Assembly (NCBI RefSeq): GCF_052425735.1 | Contig: NC_135761.1 | Location: forward strand, 14,942,001-15,006,000 | Source of the DNA: Oculina patagonica | Taxonomy: Eukaryota | DNA length: 64,000 nucleotides | Direction of reading: 5' to 3' | Part shown: in pieces, positions 1 to 11,612 of the stretch | Position numbering within the stretch: the stretch's first letter is position 1 | Layout: every line of letters starts with the position of its first letter | Translations under genes and position numbers: made by a program | Notes under the pieces: model-generated | The model's input: only the letters and a program-made list of their open reading frames with translations | The model's database searches: none | What the model was told of the DNA's origin: nothing

Positions 1-238
1 GTTAAAAGAAAAGAATGTAAACTGGAAGAAAGTGAAGGGAGAGAGGAAGGTAAGGTGGGAAAAAGAACCAGGAGAAAGAAAACAACGTCTACATGTTTGC
101 TCCTAGAATCCCTGTAACATCGGAGAGACTGAGAGTTACTAAACGTGCAAGGAGCAAAAAAAAAATGAATGCATTTCGTAAAAAGATTTGGCCGAGAGAG
201 AGTAGTATTCTAGGAATCACCCTAAACATTCTACATAC

Positions 239-3200
239 CTTGTACATAAATGCTCTCCAAGGCAAGTGAGCGACAGACTTGAGCTGAGAGCAAAGAACAA
301 GTCAATCAGTAAATAGTAACAAGGCTGAACCTTCAATTTAATGAATGGTGCGGCATGCTTGTGGACATTGACCGTATTCCAACCACCCTGTTTTTGGTCC
401 CTGTTTGAATTTATTTATTTATTTAACATTTCTTTATACACGGTTAAAAATCATCAGGTAAATACTAGTAATTACAGTTATAATAAAAATTAATACAAAT
501 AAATAAATAAATAAAACAAATAAAAATGAATCAATCAGCACTTGTCACCGTTGTGAAAAAATTCTATAAAATTTCTAGATGAATAACTCGGTTTTTAACT
601 CTGTAAAAAACCATAGCTACGCTACGTACGACTAACCTTGTAGTTAACAAACAGCTGAGGCAACATGAACAGAAAACCAAACACATAGACCCCTAAAGAA
701 CGGCAAAAACAGCAACACATAATTATCAAAAATCAACATGACAAGTGTTGTGTATGAATAAAATCACGTAAGAAACATGAATAGAACAAAAAAGTAGAGA
801 GAGATTATCCTTGAAGTTAAAGCAGACTACAAAATACAATAAAAATTAACTATAAAAAGAGACGTTGTAGTCGCGGATATTTTTTAGGGTCTTTAATTTG
901 AATTGCACAAATTTGAAATCTCCTGACTTTACAAGAAAACACGAAGTGTTTTTTAAGTAATGTAACAGTACTTAGCAGATCCATATATGGTCTTGTTAGT
1001 AAAGCGAACCGTTAAAAAATGGCCGAGGGTGCACTTACCATTCACTAAGCTTCGAACAATCCAGGAATACCAACTGCAAGGAAAACAAAGAAACTTGTAA
1101 CGATCATATACATAAAAAGTTACAAGTTCTAGGCTCTGCTAAACAAAGATAAGCGATGTGAACATAAGCTTCATAAGAGTCACCAACCACTTCCAAGTGC
1201 AACAAGAACGACACCACCAAAAGTCTTTTAATATTCGTTTCTTATCATCTTTTTCAGTAATTTTCATCTTTTTTTTTTTCGTGGAGAACATCTTTGGCAG
1301 CAGTAGACTTACAAATCGCGAATATAATAAAGACACGATACATATTATCGTCTCTTAAATGACCTTCATCTTCATAAAACAATTGTTCGTGCAGGTAGAA
1401 CAACACTTAAGAGGTAATAATTTCGATAATAACCCGAAATGAAACAAGGTTTTCATGTGACATGAAAGTTAAAGCGGTCGTTGCAATTGTGAAAGATTGT
1501 TACATTATTGACACCCTTTTGCTTTCGCCTTATTAATTCCTCTACCGCAAATTGCACTCTAGATAGAAGAAATTAACTCTGCGAAAAAATTAAGAAATTA
1601 ACTCTAAAATTAACACTCTCAAGTTTTTAAACTCAGCAGTTTCACGACTGTACATTACCTCTTGTGTGGATGATACACGAGTGAGTATGCAGCACCGGCT
1701 AACAACAAAGGGTATAGGGCGTAGGAAAGGTACCGCATGGCCTGGAGAAAACAAAAATCACACTTACATGTACAGATAGTTTAAACGATAATAAAAATAA
1801 AGAAAACACCAAAAAAGGGACTTTTGCATACCTAAAGGTACCGCTTTCAGGCGAAGCCTTCCCGTATAGGAAGTACCTCCCCCCCCCCCCACCCCCCCCC
1901 CCCCCCCCCCGGCGGACAACTAAGCTCAACTAGACAAATTAAAGTCAAACGTCATCCGTAATGTAGCGTCCTAAAGTTTCAGAAATAAAGTAGAAAAGTG
2001 TTTCCCCTTATGGAATGAATTTTAATCATGGAATCTAGTTTGTATCGCGCTTAACTATCCTGTATATGAAATTCACCCGCCTCTACGTTACCACAATGAC
2101 ATATCCCCGGAAGATACACATCAAATCAGAAGTAAATCATTTTGTTTTATTAGCGTCCTTCTCGTGATTTGCTTTAGCACTACTGTCTGCAAGGAGTAGC
2201 TATTAAATTCCACTCCTCACTCACTGATCGTCGAACGCGAAGAGAGAGTCGCGCGCGCGAACGAACGGACAATGCGCGCGCGGAAAACACGTGATTGGCG
2301 GGCATAAATAATAACGGCCCGTGCTTCTCTGTGGGTAGCTCTATACAATCAGCCAGTAAAACGCTTTAAACTACTTTTTAGTTAGGCCCTTCCGCGCCCT
2401 CAAAAAACCAAATTCAACAAGCAACAGCAAAAGAACTAACAAAGAAAAGAACAAAATTACTTATTACCTCGCTATCAAACTGTTCAGTCTCTTTTTCTTG
2501 GCTTGTCTTTTCTCCAAACTTGAAATGGAAAAAAATAGAGGAGTAAACACAGAAAGAAGACAATTTGGTTAAATCAGAAGCTTATCTGGTAAAATTAAAG
2601 CAAGACAACGTGCATTCCGAGAAAAAAAAACGTTACGCCCGCTACACAGTGGCTGTGTTGCAATTTGGCGAAATGCTGGGGCTGATATAGCAAATGTAAT
2701 AACGAGGTGCAAAATGGTTGTCTTTTAACCTGTATTGTCGGTCTTGCACCTTTTTCCCATTTGATGCTGACTTTGAATGCCTTAGTAACCTTCCACATCT
2801 GTGTAAAACAATTAAATAACAAAGCTAAGTTAGTTAAAAGGTGTGACTTAAAGTCTGTACCCTTAGTGGTGGTGGTGGTGGTAAAATGGGCAAACATAAC
2901 TGACAATGGCTTTTTTATCTAGTTACAACTGTGGGAGGTGCGGTAACCTATTAGTTGGCGTGATGGACTCCAGATTGAACGGTCTAAGTTCCTGCCCTAG
3001 CCAGGGCCAGTGTTGGGCAGGACAGTTTATTCTCAAAGTGCCTCTCTCCACCCAGGTGTGTAAATGAATACATGTACTGGCATTGTGCCAGGGCAACCAA
3101 TCAAAATGCTGGAGGCCAACCTCATTCATGCAGGGGGAGTAGCAATACTGCTAGTCACTTTAATGCTACAAAAACCGAGTGGAAACTTACTTCGATAAGT

Positions 3201-6200
3201 GAGCCAATCCCAGCAGGAATAAGAACGAGAAGACTTGTTTTCTCATCCATTAGATACAAGAAGATTATCAACGTGCTCACACATCGCCAGATAACTGGAA
3301 AGCAACAAATAAAAGAAACAAGATACTGACACTGAAACTGAGTGGCTAAAATAAGAAATGCTGCTATGAAGAGATAAAAGATAAAGACTGTGATCACTGA
3401 AAAGTTTGCCTAAACTAACATCGTTAAGAACTACTTGCAACTGGAACAAAAATCCAAACTTTTTCCCCATTTATTAATACCCTTTACTTTCAAAATTCCA
3501 AGACTCCAAAATTAAGATTAATGTAAATCAATAATTCTTCCAACAACTACCAGGCTATCTCCCCCCCCCCCCCCTTCACATTTATTTGGTTACAGTGATC
3601 ATTAGGCATGTGTTTTTCTACTCCGCCTCAATAATTACCTGTTCGTATAGATAGTCCCACCATACTGTTTCTGCTCTTCCAGTAATTTATATCATTCTTA
3701 AATGCTAAAAAGTCAAACAGAAGCTGCAAAAGAAACCAGGCACTTAGTTAAAAAGAATACTGTAGATGGCCCTGGGCACACCGGGGGGGGTGGGAGGGAG
3801 GGAAGGGAGAGCAGTGGAAACGGAGAGGGAGTGGAGAAATCGGGACCAGCAACTTAGCCCTGCAGATTCCCAGAGGGGGGCAAGGGGGGGGGCATCGGAT
3901 GTTGAGGAGAGGGCCAAAGGGAGGGCAGGGAGGGGCAAACGGAATACGGAACCATGTTTGCAGTTTGAGTATCAAGTACCAGGCACTGTTCGGAACAAAG
4001 ATCGGACTCGAGAGAGCAGAGGAAATCAAGCCTACCTCAACAATTGCCCCTGAAATTTCTAAAACTCTGTGCACCAAATTAAAATTTCCCAATTTGAAAT
4101 AAAGACCAGTTTTTATATTACTTTTTATAGGCATAATTTACTTTTTTATCGATTTTTATCACTCTTACCCCTATCTGAAAATAGGTCCTTAGAAACCCCT
4201 TCTCAATTGCTATCAATTCAAAATTCTCCCTACTGGTTTCCAATATTTTTTTTAAAAATTCCTCAAAGAGAATTTGCCTCTCAATCAAGAATTTTTTTTT
4301 TTTTCCTGAGATGATTAGGTCCTTTACTCAATACTGTTTTGCCTTTATCTACTAAAACTTGTTATAAAGAGGTAAAGAGTTCAATGAGATGATCACTTTG
4401 GGGTTTAAGGTGGCTTAATACAGTTTTGAGAGGGCAAATAAGTCCAACCTTTAACTCTCTTGTACAATCTCCAGAAAAGGTTTGTCTTTCTCTTATCACT
4501 GTTTGTTACATCCTAAAAGAGCGAGTAAACAGCTTAAATGAATGGCCGAGTGCTTAAGAGGGGACTGGCACTAGTAGTTTAAACGGCATTTTTCTCAAAA
4601 TCTACCCGTACGACCCCACCTCAAAATTTCAGAAATAAGAAATTGCCTTTGATTTATCATTCATGCAAAATAAAATAAAAATCTGTAAGACAGATTTTTC
4701 GCAAAATAGGAAAGTGTGATATTTTGCTGATTTTTGAAATAGCTCAAAATTATTCTGTCTTACAGATTTTTTTCAAAATTTTGGCTGTGGACATGGTTCA
4801 CCCCTTAAATTTAATTGTGAAAGTTTCATAATAAGTTGTACGGTAGGTTTTCGAGAAAATCTGGATCAAAATCTGGCTTTAACGACCTCCGAAGCAAATC
4901 AAATTGCGCGTGCAAGCGAGCGCTAATAAGAGACCATACATCGCAAGCGATAATGAAAGACAGAATTAGAACTTCTCTGTCGGTTGTTTATCCACCTTTT
5001 TTGTCATATTGTTTTCCGTCCCAGGTTTCAAGACCTATCTGAAAGTATTTTGAAGTTTTCTTTTGTATACAAATTTGGTAAAGTGCAGTAAAACAGATGG
5101 AACTCTTTTTCATTTCTGTTTAGAGTTGCTAGCGCCATTTTAGCCCACACAAGCAATAATGACCAGTAATGACATCAAGCAGAAAATGTAGCACGTGCCC
5201 TTGAGCCACGTAAAAACTGTATTCAGCCACCTTAAGGAACANNNNNNNNNNNNNNNNNNNNNNNNNNNNNNNNNNNNNNNNNNNNNNNNNNNNNNNNNNN
5301 NNNNNNNNNNNNNNNNNNNNNNNNNNNNNNNNNNNNNNNNNNNNNNNNNNNNNNNNNNNNNNNNNNNNNNNNNNNNNNNNNNNNNNNNNNNNNNNCGAGT
5401 AGACCTCATTGACAATATATTATCAGGGACGGGGGAGCATTTTTTCCAAGTGGGGGGGGGGGGGGGCTGACTAGTCACTTGAAGCGGGGGGGGGGCTTAA
5501 AAGACGCTTCACTTAGTAAGTCTTAATTAATTCGGAAATTCTGGGGGGGGGGGCAAGCCCCCCGGCTCAGCCGTCCCAGCTGTTAAAACATACATGAAGC
5601 ACTGTGATTCCAAATGTGACAGCCAGAAGGAAGAGATTTGTGTCTGTGAAAATTCCTCTCATTTCATCTAAGTCCTTGTCTGAAAATCCTTAAATGCAGA
5701 TTGAACATAACATCGGTTTGTTATATATAATTTAGGCATATACAGCAAAATTGAGTGTACATGTACAGTGCAGCTCAGAAATAAAAGAACCAAAATATAT
5801 GTACATATAATATTTTGCACAACATCGCCACAAAAAAGCAAACAATTAAGCAGTGAATAACAAAGACATGTACATGCATGCATATATGTGTATGTATTCG
5901 CAAAAACACGGATAATCTGCATATGCTTTTTTTTTTTTGCAGTGTTTGCTAATTTCTGATCTGCACAGAAGTTTCAACACACGTATGGCCACAGTATTTA
6001 TTAAGGCCAATGTTAATTCAAACACTGTAGATTTTAATGTGACAGTCTGCCTCCACAATCAGTGGTTATAAAAAGTGAACTTGATCAGAAATTAAAGGTG
6101 CATGATACCATGACAAAGGTTCCATACCTAAATCTTTCATTGACTTGAGTGAATGGTGAACTGATGACCAAATGCGAAGCTTGCCGAGTGATATGGGTGA

Positions 6201-9200
6201 GTAGTTTATCTTCAGTTCCATCGCGCTGCTACTTTTATTGACCCGCTGTTCCACAGAGAAATCAACATGAATCAAATTAAATTTACTTTTGAATTGTCAT
6301 TATTTAGTTTAACTACTTTATTCCACATGGTTTTCCTTAATCTGTAACTTAAATTTAAAGATTCAAGACATAAAATAACATGACTTGTACAATGTACTAC
6401 TTGTCCCACCCCTCCACCCAAAGTCTCCTCCTCCTCCCCACCCCTTCCCACAAAAAACACCATTCAATGTGGTCTTTGAAAGTCCTCCTTGACATTTTCA
6501 ATGCTTAACCCTCGGACGTACAAGCAAACTCATACCCCCACCATCGTACAAGGGGGGGGGGAGGGACCCCCCCCCCGGTTTTTTTTTTTTTTTAGGGGGG
6601 GAAATTTTTTTTNNNNNNNNNNNNNNNNNNNNNNNNNNNNNNNNNNNNNNNNNNNNNNNNNNNNNNNNNNNNNNNNNNNNNNNNNNNNNNNNNNNNNNNN
6701 NNNNNNNNNNNNNNNNNNNNNNNNNNNNNNNNNNNNNNNNNNNNNNNNNNNNNNNNNNNNNNNNNNNNNNNNNNNNNNNNNNNNNNNNNNNNNNNNNNNN
6801 NNNNNNNNNNNNNNNNNNNNNNNNNNNNNNNNNNNNNNNNNNNNNNNNNNNNNNNNNNNNNNNNNNNNNNGGGGGGCCCCCCCTTAACTGTAAACAATGT
6901 ATTTAAATACCGGTATGTACTATAATAAATAAAATATACCTTGAGATATCTATAAATCACTCCCAGTTGGTCGATATACAACACTGGAAGGTATTGGTCA
7001 TTTGGAGCTAACCTAATGAAAAGAACAACAGCAACAATCATGAATTATGCAAGCAGTGCCAAACACTCAACACATGCTTTTCATGACTTCACAATGGAGT
7101 ATAAATTATATAATAATGAACTTAGTACCTACCTGATGAAAGGGTAGATCTCACCAGGAATGGCTTGGCGCTCAAAATCAACTTTTTCATTTAAAACATG
7201 AAAATTAAGAATGGGCTTCCAGTGGGTCACTGGAATCTCGTTAGATGTTGCACTAGTTTTCTGCAGGAAATACAATAATACCAAAATCAATAAAATTGAT
7301 ATGTACAAGAATCAATGAAAGAGAGAAAAAATATCCTGATAGTTTAACATCTAAAACACGAACAAATGTATTGACAAACAAACAAACAACCTTTGTTCCA
7401 ATATATTGCTACAATGCTACCCACATATCTCTCAGCGAATTCGGAGATACCTGGCTGCGAGGTTTTCGCTTGAACTCGGGCAAAACCCGAGTTCAAGCCT
7501 AGCCAGCAACCTTAACTTGAGGGGGCTTGGCGTCAACCATGGCTTGGGGACCCTGCCCAGGCTCTGGGCTATCTAGCCTGCTGGTGTTCAGCTGGCGGGT
7601 AGCAGTCAAAAGCTGGGGGGAGGGGAGGGTGTCACTTTTGACAGCTGGGCCTAGCTAGGTTCTGGCCCCTTTGAGCAAGTTTGTGTGAACTTGGAATGCC
7701 CTGTGTAGTCTGTGAATATTTTGAATGACACCGGTCAAGGGTTCCCTGTATAGAAGGCACCCTGCTGGTCTGGCAGCTGTCAGCTGGGCTCCTGAGGTGA
7801 CAACCTTCCAGCCTGGGGGAGGGCAAGTAGCCCGGGCTGTTTTGGCTGGTGGGCGCCAGGTTCTTGGAAAATCAATCAGATATACAGTGTATAAGCGTAA
7901 AATGCATGTGATACTACTACAAGCATGTAGGAATCAAAGATTATTGTGTCCTTGATTGCCTGCATGCCCACAAAGTGTATTTAAACTAGTTCACAAGCAT
8001 GGATTTACATGTGCTAACCGTTTTCCCAGCATCTTGGAAACAATTTTTTTGGTGAGAACTTCCTTACAGGCAAAGTGTACAAAGACAGAAATCATTATAT
8101 CACCTCTAAATAATAATTGTTATAATTGGGTCTTGAACTGACTCACCTCCTTTGATTTTTGCTCAGAAAGAAGGTTAATAGATTCATCTTGAGGTAATGA
8201 ATACACTGTTAATGGAGCAACAGCACGTGACACATACTGATTTTCAAATGGGTGACTTCCAGCTGGGTAAATAAATATGTGAGCATACAGTGATCCATTG
8301 TCTCTTGTTTGACTTGGTAAACTAGCATTCACAGATCTGTAAAGGGATTCAAGTTTCAATAAAGATAATGTCTTGAAAACAGACAAACAAACTAAGTATA
8401 TGTAGCATTCATGAGATGTGTAGACAGATTCAAGTTGGAATATCCTAAAACCTGAAACGAAGTAAAACAAAACAAAGGCGTTAGCTCTCACTCCAATTTG
8501 CTTGCAGTTAATTCCACTCTAGTTTACTTGCAGTCAGCTTTCACTTCAGTTTGCTTGCAGTAAGTTTTTACTACTTGGTTAGGTTCCGTTTTGCTTTCGT
8601 TTTCGTTTTTCGTTTCATTTCATTCGTTTGTTAGGTTTCATTTCAAAGGCTTTGTTGTTTCGTTGTTTCAGGTTTAGTACAGGCCATGGATTCAAGTTAC
8701 ACTAATAAAGGTAAATAGTCTTGAAAACAGACAAATAAACCATGTAGTACTGGATATATCACTGCCACTACATTAAACTTACTTTGTAAATGGCTGAGAC
8801 AAACTAAAGTTATCACTTTTCCAAAGTAAGTGACAATTTCTACTGTTTATCTTCTGCTGTTGAAGTGATGTGTAAATTGATATCTGCAAGTTAAAAATTG
8901 TATCAATGAGTGAAATTTTAGTTCTAAGTAGTTGTATAAAGGTAAGGATTAAGTTAAGAGTATAGTTCACCTGCAAATTCAGTCAACTAAAATAACTAAG
9001 AGTTTACTACACTGAAGCTCACTTTGAAAACCAAGTCTCTCCACACAAGCCCTTCTGGGATTATTTGGGGAGACACGATAAACAAATATGATTGAAGTGG
9101 ATGATGAGAGGAATTATGCTGAACATGACGGTGAAAGAAATTTACACAACAGAGCAGAGCGCCACCTCTGAGGGTAGCAAAAAGGGGGTCGTGATCACAT

Positions 9201-11039
9201 TTCAGTCTATTTAACCAAATTCACGTGTCACATTTACTTGATACAGCAGAATTCACGAATTATGTGTCTTTTCTAGCTAGCTACGCATCACGGTCTAATT
9301 TTTGCCAGCTATTTTCATGCGTCACGGTCTAACTTTTGCCCTTTTCACGTGTCAGACATAAACCCTTTGCTACCTTCACCTACATAGCTGTCATATCATG
9401 CAGTGCAATTTACAGGTTTGTTCAAGGAAAATTTTATTACCCTGAGAGCAGAGTTCCCTTCGAGAAAAAATTATTGTCCCTTCTTCTTCCTGATTTTTCT
9501 TGGAAGATCAAAGGCAGCTCTGCTCACAGGGTAATTATTTATTGCTCCTGAGGCATCTATTTCCTTACATGTATTACATAAAGTTCCACACATTCACAGT
9601 TTTTTTTTTAGTTCTCTAACTGACCCGCGGCTCATTAATCCCCATCACATTCAGCTTTCCTCTCATTGTTCAATGCATTTGATTATTGTGTCCTCTCAAA
9701 TAATCCCTTAAGGCCTGAGGTATTGCCTTTTCCCTCTGAAAGTGTTTAACTTGAAAAAACAGGAAGAAGAGGTTCCTAGCTCTTGTTTGTAAGGCCGGGA
9801 GAAACCTTAGCATTTTTAAAAACTACCAAAAATTAATAATGATGTACTATTATTCTGACTTTGACTAAAGTTAAAAAGGATCTAGATGTACATGTACTAG
9901 TCCCTGTGAATGCAATGTTTCCTTAATAAAGTAAAATAATTTTTACAAGCTCCCGCCACCCCCCCCCCAAAAAAAAAAAATAATATAAATACTAAAAAAA
10001 TAAACAATAAACCTATAATTTATTTTATATTAATCAGTGCCCATTGCATCCCCCTTTACATAATACATCAAAATAATATCTAAAGCAGTTCCTATAGAAA
10101 AAGGTACCGTATTTTCTCGATTAAACGCCCCCGGCGTTTATTTCAAACTTGGCCCGATAGGGCCGAGTTTATTTGATTTCAGGAGTTTTTTCAGGCCCTA
10201 TGTTTCTAAGAAATGATTTTTATTCATTATTTTTGAAAGCTCAGTTTATAATTAGACATTATTTTTAAAGCATATTAAACCTTTAATAATTGTTTAAGGG
10301 GTTTATTTTCAAATACAGCTTGGAGACCCGGCGTTTATTCGGGGCCCGGCGTTTAATCGGGAAAATACGGTACTTGAGGGTCCTGAAGGGGGGGGGGGGG
10401 GGTGGGTACCAAATCCCATTTCCCGCCCTTTTTCCCAAATCCCATTTCCCAGCCCAATTTTTGCCCAAATCCCATTTCCCAGCCTATTTTTTGTCTAAAT
10501 CCCAGTCCCAGCAGTGAAATTCCCAGTGTGTGGAAAATCTGGTCTCAAGCGCATTATATCTGTGTTGTTTTTTATTTTCCTTAATGTAGGGGAGGAGTCC
10601 CAGTCCCAGTGACCTAAATCCCACTTTCCCAGTCAAAATAGGCAAATCCCAGTTCGCATTTTACCCCTTCAGGACCCTCGTACTTGAGTTTGAGGATTTT
10701 TTCCCGGCGGAAGGGGGCAAGTGGTATCCAAAGCAGGGGGAGGGGGGAGGGGGTTGCTCTCTACTTTTGAAACCATAAGGTGTTGTAAAAATAAAGCTAC
10801 TTAGGTGAGTCATTTTCAGATGAAATTTTTAAATCAGGGTCAGCGCTCCAAAAACGGTCAACGGATTTTAAAACTATGAGGCTTACCTCTAACTTTTTGT
10901 CGATAATACCATGCGGCTGAAGACATTTCCTAGGACTTCCCTTGCATTCCGGTACGTGAAAAAGATGATAAATCACATATATACTATTAGCTATATACAA
11001 CCCGAAAAGAATAAGAACTATTGTGGTAACAAAACTCAT
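239..11039 (-). CDS. CLPTM1L: CLPTM1-like protein (lipid scramblase CLPTM1L), 15 exons visible; final exons lie left of the window
   Basis: Exons (minus): 11039-10887, 8883-8783, 8336-8147, 7260-7133, 7012-6940, 6245-6128, 5688-5594, 3723-3639, 3294-3191, 2798-2730, 2518-2468, 1741-1659, 1073-1039, 692-637, 283-239. All introns are GT-AG with compatible phases. Translation gives CLPTM1-family motifs [72 protein letters not shown]. The short N-terminus (MSFVTTIV...) matches CLPTM1L rather than CLPTM1. Confidence 0.95.
2930..3176 (+). mobile_element. Degenerate tRNA-derived SINE
   Basis: tRNA-like head followed by the core CTCTCTCCACCCAGGTGT..AAATG and a GGGAGTAGCAATACT tail. Related copies lie at about 30831-31172 (-), 32226-32310 (+) and 32400-32632 (-). 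Confidence 0.6.
4409..5231. mobile_element. Non-autonomous TTAA-target DNA transposon (Kolobok-like)
   Basis: TIRs GGTGGCTTAATACAGTTTT / AAAACTGTATTCAGCCACC with TTAA on both sides. Confidence 0.75.
5242..5395. other. Assembly gap (N run) in CLPTM1L intron 7
   Basis: Run of N in the sequence. Confidence 0.99.
6613..6870. other. Assembly gap (N run) in CLPTM1L intron 5, probably inside a TTAA-flanked MITE starting ~6508
   Basis: Run of N, flanked by TTAACCCTCGGACGTAC... and ...CCCCTTAA. Confidence 0.95.
9170..9377. mobile_element. MITE with GAGGG termini
   Basis: TIR GAGGGTAGCAAAAAGGG / CCCTTTGCTACCTTC. Confidence 0.6.
10107..10370. mobile_element. Tc1/mariner-type MITE (TA TSD)
   Basis: TIR CCGTATTTTCTCGATTAAACGCC / GGCGTTTAATCGGGAAAATACGG with TA flanks. 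Same family as 26256-26734. Confidence 0.8.
10376..10679. mobile_element. MITE with GAGGG termini and 6-bp TSD
   Basis: Perfect TIR GAGGGTCCTGAAGGG / CCCTTCAGGACCCTC; GTACTT on both sides; internal tandem AAATCCCATTTCCC repeats. Confidence 0.8.
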
Positions 11040-11612
11040 TGCAAAGACGGGGAATCAACGGCACTTTGCTGACTACAAATTTTAAAATGACTCTCTTTCT
11101 TCCATCTTTTTTCGTGGTGTTCGATAAGTGCGTCGTGTAAGCTAGCATGAAGCGTTTAGTGCCTCATGTAAAGGAAACCGATATGTACCTCTAGCTCTCA
11201 GTTTGAAAAAAAGAAATTACAACAGATTATTATTTTTTTTTTAAAAAAAAAAACAACAACATCATAGTAAGCCGAAGATAACATATTCATAAAAGAAATG
11301 TACTATTTTATATAGATCATACGCTTTCTACAATATACATCCATTTCATTTTATAGGCCAAGGAAGAAAATTGGTTTGAATGAAAATAAATAAGTGCACA
11401 GTCTGAAAATCTTCCGTAAAGCCAGGGAATCGTCCAAATTCGTTATATAAAACTTTCTTTAAAAAAATACTTTATGAAAAAACGAAATTGGATTCAAAAG
11501 AGCTAACCTGAAGAGAGGTATTCCTGGGCTGGGCGACCTGTGACTTTAGAGGACCCACATTGCCTTGCGCTGCTCGATGACGCAATGGATAGCGCGAACA
11601 GAGATAACCAAC
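11040..11612. promoter_or_regulatory. Putative bidirectional promoter CLPTM1L / RANBP9
   Basis: Divergent start codons at 11039 (-) and 11613 (+), 573 bp apart, with no recognisable repeat between them. Confidence 0.7.

Noticed and set aside
5140-7041. ORFs running through N gaps; possible missing CLPTM1L exons
   Set aside because: The ORFs are artefacts of N translation; flanking exons join in phase and give a continuous CLPTM1L alignment.
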